Shown one piece after another: positions 55,804 to 64,000 of a stretch of DNA of 64,000 bases (its first letter is position 1; each line of letters begins with the position of its first letter). A program made the position numbers and the translations under genes. This DNA is from an uncultured Methanosarcinaceae archaeon (GTDB taxonomy: Archaea; Halobacteriota; Methanosarcinia; Methanosarcinales; Methanosarcinaceae), in assembly GCA_963727895.1 (NCBI GenBank), contig CAVSHT010000004.1, forward strand, positions 384,001 to 448,000, in the 5' to 3' direction. Below the pieces are notes generated by a model. The model was not told where the DNA came from. It worked only from the letters and a program-made list of their open reading frames with translations, and did no database searches.

Positions 55804-56058
55804 ATGTCAAAGGAATTTGCAAAGAACCTCTTTAACAAACAGATAATGGCTACCGACGGAACAGAAATAGGAATACTGAGCAATATTATAGTCGAGATTA
55901 AAGGGGGAAACATTATTGACATGGTAGTGGCCCCAAATGTCAATTTTGATACTTCCAGATACAGAAAAGCAGACAACTTTATTCTCATTCCTTTTGATTC
56001 CGTAAGTGCTATCAAAGATTACATAATAATAGACAAAATGAAAGCAAAGGCAAACTAA
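55804..56058 (+). CDS. PRC-barrel domain protein
   Basis: NLFNKQIMATDGTEIGILSNI, LIPFDSVSAIKDYIII. Confidence 0.9.
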   Translation: MSKEFAKNLFNKQIMATDGTEIGILSNIIVEIKGGNIIDMVVAPNVNFDTSRYRKADNFILIPFDSVSAIKDYIIIDKMKAKAN

Positions 56059-56065
56059 AATAAAT

Positions 56066-56178
56066 GAGTTCCATTGCCCGAGTCCCGTCTCGGGAGGACG
56101 GTGCTTTTTTCGCTACCCGAATTTCGCTTCGGGAGCACGGAAGCCCTTTTCGCTTCGCTCAAGAGGGCTGAATTAGGG
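56066..56178 (-). repeat. Structured intergenic repeat, copy 3 (inverted)
   Basis: Reverse complement of the shared core. Confidence 0.85.
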
Positions 56179-56752
56179 ACGTGAGAAAGTGTTTTTCAAC
56201 TTGCTGAAGAGGGCCTGATTTGTCTGAACTCCGCTTGGGGAGTAGGGACCCCCTTTTCGTTGAACTCAGGGAAGTAGATTTCTCCAAAACTATAGCTTTC
56301 CTGTTCTAGCTATGTTTCCTGAATATTCCGCCTTTTTTTGGTTTCTAAAAAATCAATTCTTTAATTAATTAGAATACAGAACGTCTTGATGTATATAATG
56401 AGCTATTACTCATTCCAAATCTCGATAGTGCTTTTGATTATGGTTACATTAGTTTTGATAATATAGGAAAAATAATCATTAGTAGTTCACTTAAAGAAAA
56501 TAACAAGATTAAGCTTGGTATTCATTCTGAACTGAGAATAAGAAAGGTAGAACAGGACCATCCCAATTATTTAGAATAACACAGACAAAATATTTTTATA
56601 AAGTTAAAATACAATGAATATAAGTAAGACTCTATAAGGCTTTTGCCAGTAAGTCTTCTGTGGAAGATTTCACGGCGAGGCTGGAGTATATAATACTATG
56701 AAGGGACTATAAAGATTAAACTAAATAAAATAAGTGGAAAAATAAATGAAAA

Positions 56753-57170
56753 GTGATCAAACAGTGCTTAAAAAGAACCCAAGCAGTATTTAAAAAGAGC
56801 CTCAAATATGATGCTGATTTTCTTAAAGAAAACATGATGGGTCCAAATTCAATGAAAATAAGTTCGGAACTTGCGGAGTCTTTGAAACTTGAAAAAGGCA
56901 TGCGAGTGCTTGATCTGGGCTGCGGGCGAGGGCTAACATCAATTTTCTTGGCAACAGAGTATGATGTTGCTGTTTTTGCAACTGATCTATGGATAAATGC
57001 AACAGATAACTAGGAAAGAATCAAGTCAATTGGACTGGAAGATCAGATAATTTCAATCCATGCTGAAGCCGATGATTTACCATTTACTTATGAGTTTTTG
57101 ACCTTGCGATATATGTTTGCCTATAATTATTTTGGAGTTAAAGAAGACTATTTGGCAAAGTATCTTTTCT
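56753..57170 (+). pseudogene. SAM-dependent methyltransferase remnant
   Basis: ENMMGPN, RVLDLGCGRGLTSIFLA, ATDLW; TAG at 57011 followed by frameshift and truncation. Confidence 0.8.
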
Positions 57171-57568
57171 GAACATAGGTTCAGAATAGGAAATCGAGGC
57201 GCAAAACCAAGTTTAATGACATTTTTTTCCTAAATAATATTGTAAACTTTAGGGGGTTTTGGGGAAAAAAGCAAGATTATATAAAGATATGAGAATAATA
57301 TATCTTTCGATAATTCGAAAAAAGATAAGGTTAAGTAAAGCCAGATGTTACAAAACAAATAAAACTATCCAGTAAAAATTCTGGCTTATTATAGTCTTTT
57401 AAGCTTGCCTATAGGCTTGATTTTTACGCTTTTTATTATATAATGAATAAACGCCTTACGAAAAAAGAAAGATGAAACCTTAAAAAACTGAAAAGAGGGT
57501 AATTTTACCAAACTGAGTATTGGTAACAACACTAATAATTTTAAAGGCAGTATTAATCAAAAATAAAA

Positions 57569-59297
57569 ATGGGGGTTAAATTTCTGGAGTATACGCTTAG
57601 AATAGGAGGAGAAGCTGGACAGGGACTTCAGACGATAGGAGGAGCTCTTGCAAAAGTATTTTCTCGCATAGGTTATCATGTTTTTACTCATCAGGACTAC
57701 ATGTCCAGGATACGAGGAGGACATAATTTTTACCAAATCCGGTTTTCTAACCAGGAAATAATGTCTTCCAGAGAGACGCCTGATATTCTTCTGGCTCTTG
57801 ATCGGAATACCATTGAAGTTCACAGGAAAAGTGTTAGTGATGGAGGATTTATTCTCTATGATTCTGAAATTGCCAAAGTGAAATATGAGGAACCTGAGTT
57901 CATAGATATTCCTTTCAAGAAGATAGCTCTTGATGTAGGGAAAAATAGCGTTATGGCAAATACCGCAGCAACTGGAGCTGCACTTGGAATACTTGGTATT
58001 GGACTCGATGCACTTAAAAAAATATTAAGAGAAACATTTGAGAAAAAAGGAAATGAAATAGTCCAAAATAATATTGCCTGTGCAGAAGCTGGGTACAATT
58101 ATGCCGTTAAGAATTGTCCTCGCTGTGAAGCTTTTGGAATCCGTGAACCTGAGAACAAAAAAAGGCTTATGCTTATAACCGGAATTCAAGCAATCGGGAT
58201 GGGAGCAATTATGTCCGGCTGTAAGTTCTATTCGGCATATCCGATGTCACCTTCAACAGGGATTATGAATTACCTTGCTTCAAGAGAAGAAGAATATAAT
58301 CTCGTTGTTGAACAGGCTGAAGACGAAATTTCAGCCATCAATATGGCTATAGGAGCCTCTTTTGCAGGTGTAAGGTCTATGACTGGAACTTCTGGTGGAG
58401 GATTTGCCCTGATGGTAGAAGGTCTTTCCCTTGCAGGAATAACCGAAACCCCTCTTGTGATCGCAGAAATGCAACGCCCTGGGCCGGCTACGGGATTGCC
58501 CACACGTACAGAACAGGGAGATCTCCTTTTTATTCTGCATGCAGGCCACGGAGAATTTCCAAGAGTAATTTTTGAGCCCGGAACCCCAGAGCAAGCTTTT
58601 TACCTGACTAATAAGGCTTTCGAATTTGCGGAAAAATATCAAATACCTGTTTTCATTCAGTCAGATCAATATCTTGCAGAGTCCGAGTGGACTTTTGAAG
58701 GCTTCGACCTGGACAACTTGGTTTATGATGATTATCGGATGAGAGAAAAAGATCTTGAAGGCGTTGAAGTTTATAAACGCTATGAATATTTTAGCACAGG
58801 AATTTCTCCTCTTGCCATTCCTGGAGAAGCAGGAAAACACCTTGTCGTAGCGGATAGCGATGAACATGACGAGGAGGGGCATATTATAGAAGATTCTGAG
58901 ACCCGAATTACAATGGTTCAGAAAAGGTTGCTAAAGAAAATGCCGCTTATAATGGAAGAGATAGATGCTCCGCTTTTATATGGAGATTCTTCTCCAAAAA
59001 TAGTGCTTGTAGGACATGGTTCTACCTACGGTGTAATAAAAGAAGTCATAGATACAATTCCAAAGGACAAAAAAGTCGCAATGGTTCACTTCAGCCAGAT
59101 TTATCCTCTTTCAGAGAGGGACAGATTTGATTATATTGAGCTTTTTGAGAATGCAGACTTTACGATTTGCATAGAAAATAATGCTAGCGGACAATTTGCA
59201 AAAATCATTCGGGCAGAAACAGGATTTGAGTTTTCCCACTTGATCTGCAAATATGATGGTAGACCTTTTACAATCGAAAACCTAAAGGAGGAGCTGC

Positions 59298-59311
<14 letters not shown>
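57569..59311 (+). CDS. korA: 2-oxoacid:ferredoxin oxidoreductase alpha subunit (gamma-alpha fusion)
   Basis: GGEAGQG, SRIRGGHN, SAYPMSPST, EQAEDE, TSGGGFALM, QRPGPATGLPT. Confidence 0.93.
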
Positions 59312-60150
<839 letters not shown>

Positions 60151-60517
60151 AATCTTCTCTTTCTATTTTTATTTAAAATAATTTCTTGAAATATTGGCTT
60201 TTTTAGGATAATTTCAGAATTGAGAATAGCTCTCGAATCATTGGAAACTATTTTATCGGTTCTTGATTAAATTTCCACCATATAACTTGTCATTTTTTCA
60301 GAAAAGTTAATAAATTAAAAGATGTTAGTTATCTATTGTAAATTTATTGGTATGTGTATGGGGGTTATTAATAGGGAACCATGTAGATCAGCTCCTGAAT
60401 ATCTCAACTTTCATAAAAAATTCCAGTCAAAAATTAAAAAATGCAGGCGCTGAGAACTTGACCCTTTAATTTCTCTATATACTTTCATTCAAAAATAATA
60501 TGTAGGAGTGAAATCGA

Positions 60518-61114
60518 ATGAAAGGGATTTTTAGCATTTTTAGAAAAGACGATAAAGCCTTTACAGGGCTCGAATCAGCAATTGTGCTGACCGCTTTCGT
60601 AGTTGTGGCAGCAGTGTTTTCTTATGTGGTGCTCGGGGCAGGGTTTACAACCTCCGATACCGCCAAGAAAACCATCGATGAAGGTGTCAAACAGACTACT
60701 TCTTCAGTTGAACTTGCAGGCGATGTGATCGCAAAAAGTAACGATGCAAAGACTACGGTAACTAATATTCTTGTCACCCTTCAGCTTACAGCAGGGCAGT
60801 CTCCTGTAGATATAGGAGAAAATAATGGTACGGGAATGATGGTGGTAACTTATGCAGACAATAATACATACAACCAAAGCGTGACTTGGACTAAGAAGTT
60901 TGTAGGGGACAGCGATGGAGACTCGATTTTAGAACAGCATGAAAAAGTTGAATTAAATCTCAGTGTTCCTAGTGACTCAATGCTTCAGAGTAACACCGCT
61001 TCTAATGTTGTAAACAGAGAATTCAGGATGGAGATAAAACCGAAGGTAGGCGCAATTGTTCCAATAACAAGAGTGACTCCGGCACAGCTCGATGGGGTTA
61101 TGGTTCTGAAGTAA
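60518..61114 (+). CDS. flaB: Archaellin
   Basis: Class III signal peptide KA/FTGLESAIVLTAFVVVAAVF. Confidence 0.93.
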   Translation: MKGIFSIFRKDDKAFTGLESAIVLTAFVVVAAVFSYVVLGAGFTTSDTAKKTIDEGVKQTTSSVELAGDVIAKSNDAKTTVTNILVTLQLTAGQSPVDIGENNGTGMMVVTYADNNTYNQSVTWTKKFVGDSDGDSILEQHEKVELNLSVPSDSMLQSNTASNVVNREFRMEIKPKVGAIVPITRVTPAQLDGVMVLK

Positions 61115-61194
61115 CCCCTTGAGATTTCAAGGGGAACTTCCCCCTTCTCTTATTTAAAAATTGGAAAATTAGTTTTTTTCAATTGGTGGTTAAT

Positions 61195-61930
61195 ATGGAA
61201 CTGGAGAAAAGAGTAGCAGATATGGAAACGGAACTTAAAGTAGTAAAAGGGGAAATCAAAGATTTACTTGTGGATATAAGGGACCTGTAAACAAAAGTGA
61301 AAATCCCTTCTATAACAGCCAGAAAAATGGAATCTCCAGGTCCTGAAACTAAAGAAAAGGAGACAGAAAATAAAAATCAAACACTTGATTCTGATAAAGA
61401 AAAAACGGATTTAAAGAAATCTGAAGGTGTTTCGGAAACTGGGGTCGAAAGATGAAAAAAATAAAGAATATCGCCCAGGAACCGGTTAGAACCAGTTCAA
61501 GGCTCCTTCATATGAGGTTCCGGAGCAAAATATATCACGACAGAAAAATACGATAAGTGAAACGCAGACGATTGAGCCTGAAAATCAAGTCCGAAAAATT
61601 GATACGTTCACCCTTGTTGAACTCATGCGCTGGGTGGATTACGCTGTCAGGACAATTGGGCACAGCAACCTCGAAGTCCTGCTTGACCTTTATTCACTTA
61701 CCGGACAGCTTCCTGAAGAAACAAAATACATTATAAAAAATATTGCAAACCTTTCCATTGAAGAACCTGCATGTGAAGACAGGGTTAGCATGAAAGATAA
61801 TATCACAGTACTTTCACAATTGAATGCAATCCTCAACCCAGAAGAATTCAAAAATAGAATCCAGCCTCTTTATGAAGATTCAGGCTGGAGAGAAGATACA
61901 AAAGGAAAAAACAGGCTTGCCTTCAATTAA
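61195..61930 (+). pseudogene. FlaD/FlaE-like accessory protein, multiple frameshifts
   Basis: N-terminal ELKVVKGEIKDLLVDIR and ENPF; C-terminal LMRWVDY..IG..NLEVLLDLY; position in cluster. Confidence 0.7.
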
Positions 61931-62191
61931 ATGTACGAACTGATGAATCAACTGAAAAACAGAATTAATTGTTCCAACTAATATCAACTAATTGTTATCA
62001 GTATCAATCAAATCAATGATTGTCTAGATTAATAATTATTGTCTGGTATGATCAATAATACCTTGATCTGACATAATATGTATCATTACATATAATCATT
62101 TATCTTATATTGATCACTTATTATCTTGAACTGGGTATCAACTTGTTCAAATCGATAAGGAAAAGCCGGAAAGTGAGGCGGGGGCTGAAAA

Positions 62192-62686
62192 ATGAGTGGG
62201 GAAGCGATAAGCTCTGCAATTCTAACAATAGCATCCATTATCTGTGTATTTTCATTTGTTTCAGTTGTATACCCGTCTGTAATTTCTGCAGGAGACCCTA
62301 TAATCAGCCGTACCAACGCAATGGGAGACCAGATACTGACAGATGTGGAAATTTTGCATGAAACGACTGCTGCTGAAGGTTCTGAGGTAAATATATGGGT
62401 CAAAAACGTGGGACCTAAGGGAATATCTTCTGGTTTGATTTCAGAATCTGACCTTTTTTTTGGAAAGTCCGGAAACTTTGAACGGATACCATATGATGAG
62501 AATGGAAGTCTGGCTCCTTGCTGGAATTATTCAATAGAGCAAAGTAAAGACGATAACTGGGACAAAGGGGAAACACTGCAGATCAAAATAAAACCGACTG
62601 ATGTACCTGTCAGTGGAGAGAAATATTTCATTAAATTCAGTGCATACAACGGGGTTTCGAAAGAAACCTATTTTACGGTGTCATGA
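62192..62686 (+). CDS. flaG: Archaellum protein FlaG
   Basis: EAISSAILTIASII, IWVKNVG, WDKGETL. Confidence 0.85.
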   Translation: MSGEAISSAILTIASIICVFSFVSVVYPSVISAGDPIISRTNAMGDQILTDVEILHETTAAEGSEVNIWVKNVGPKGISSGLISESDLFFGKSGNFERIPYDENGSLAPCWNYSIEQSKDDNWDKGETLQIKIKPTDVPVSGEKYFIKFSAYNGVSKETYFTVS

Positions 62687-63193
62687 TGGGATTCGGAACA
62701 GTTATTGCAGCAATGGTTTCGGTTGCAATTATCCTCCTGGCATCTTATGTCTGCTCAAACGGGGGGTTTTACATGGCAGATGTAATTACAGATTCAGTAA
62801 TGGAAATGCAGGAAAATGAGAATGAGATTCTGAAAACAGAGATCGAGATTACAGGCATCTACGCAGATGAAGCCGACGTTTTCGTATCCCTGCATAATAC
62901 GGGCTCCACAAAGATAGGAGACTTCGATTATATGGATGTAATCGTTAATTACTCCAATACATCCGGCAATGCAAAGACAATATGGATTCCCTACCAGGAA
63001 GATGCAGGCAATTAGAAAACAGATGGATTGTAAGAAGTATCAGTCCAGATCTGATAAATCCCGGGATTCTTGACCCAGATGAGAAGATGGAATTACAGAT
63101 TATACTTGAAGATTCCCTGGAAAACGAGAAGTGTAGACTGGTTGATGGTAGCTGCTCCAAATGGAGTAAAAGCTTCAGGATACTTCGATACAT
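62683..63193 (+). pseudogene. flaF: Archaellum protein FlaF, frameshifted
   Basis: MGFGTVIA, LHNTGSTKI, INPGILDPDE, AAPNG in different frames. Confidence 0.8.
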
Positions 63194-63312
63194 GAATTTA
63201 ATGACTGATTCAGATAGTCAAGAATTATGCAGGCAGAATCAGTTTAGCTAAATTAGATGAACTACTAAGTAAAAGATAATGAAATCTTTGAAAAAATAAA
63301 GAGGGGGAGAAA

Positions 63313-63838
63313 ATGGGAGAAAATGTGGGAGAAGAGATTATTTCTTGAAAAAGAATCATTTCTGTGAAGAGATAGCAAATAATTCGGAAACTGAGAAGAG
63401 AAAAAATCTTTAGAATTTATATCATCAGGAAATATGGAAATTGATAAGAAGACTGGACGGAGGCATCCCTACTAGGTTCTCTATGTCTTCTCGAAGGTGC
63501 AAATGATAGTGGAAAATCAATTTTCATGCAGCAGATTATGTGGGGAGCCCTTAACCAGGACAAAAAAGTTTTAGCTATAACAACTGAGAAAAACATCCAG
63601 AGAATCTGTTGAAGAATATGGAAAACCTGAAACAGGGCATTTCAGACTACTTCATAATAGGAAGATCTAGAATATTTGAAATAAATCCGGATTCAATTGA
63701 AGAAAATCCCAAGCTAAGCGAAAGTATGCTCCAGACACTTCTAGAATGTATAAAGGAATGTGAAGAGGAATTAATCTTAATTGATTCACTGACTCTCTTT
63801 GCAGTGAATACTTCTGAAAGTATACTATTAAATTTTTT
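63313..63838 (+). pseudogene. flaH: FlaH ATPase, frameshifted and IS1-disrupted
   Basis: GGIPL, SLCLLEGANDSGKS, LILIDSLT. Confidence 0.8.
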
Positions 63839-64000
63839 GGCATTGATACTTAAACATAGTTGTATACTATTAGAAAGTATATTTCTTCATGAACTGCCCC
63901 AGATGCAATAGTTCTAATCACAAAAAGAACGGTATAGTTGGTGGTAGTCAACGGTACAAATGCTCTGATTGTGGATATAACTATACAGTAGAGCTAAAAT
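63839..64000 (+). mobile_element. IS1-family element, runs off window end
   Basis: GGCATTGATACT end followed by MNCPRCNSSNHKKNG. Confidence 0.9.

Noticed and set aside
57011..57013. Functional amber codon in the methyltransferase
   Set aside because: Further frameshift and truncation downstream

Overview
AT-rich archaeal chromosome segment, most consistent with Methanosarcina (Methanosarcina-type IS and MITE ends, DUF1699, DUF1638, tiaS, archaellin). About 1-49 kb is a heavily IS-scarred accessory region. It holds remnants of an integrated plasmid-like element (tyrosine integrase, RHH cluster, DUF927 helicase-like gene, origin-like repeats), many IS1/IS6/IS110/IS701/DDE elements and MITEs, and several defence-type genes (SIR2, TIR-TPR, Abi-type N-domain-TIR, HEPN/MNT toxin-antitoxin, a truncated ABC ATPase). 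About 49-64 kb is core-like (HTH regulator, tiaS, nadE, cdc48, PRC barrel, 2-oxoacid oxidoreductase, decaying archaellum cluster). The strongest candidate for a new system is a chimeric gene at 17353-18579. A recently copied N-domain of the host cdc48 gene (53332) is fused to a nucleoside-deoxyribosyltransferase/TIR-fold domain across an in-frame TAG, which suggests an integrated-decoy antiviral sensor. The second candidate is a set of 31-bp imperfect palindromes that delimit gene cassettes (membrane protein, SIR2, HEPN/MNT). Many genes carry stops or +/-1 indels, and some of these may be sequencing errors. All family calls come from motif recognition, not database searches.
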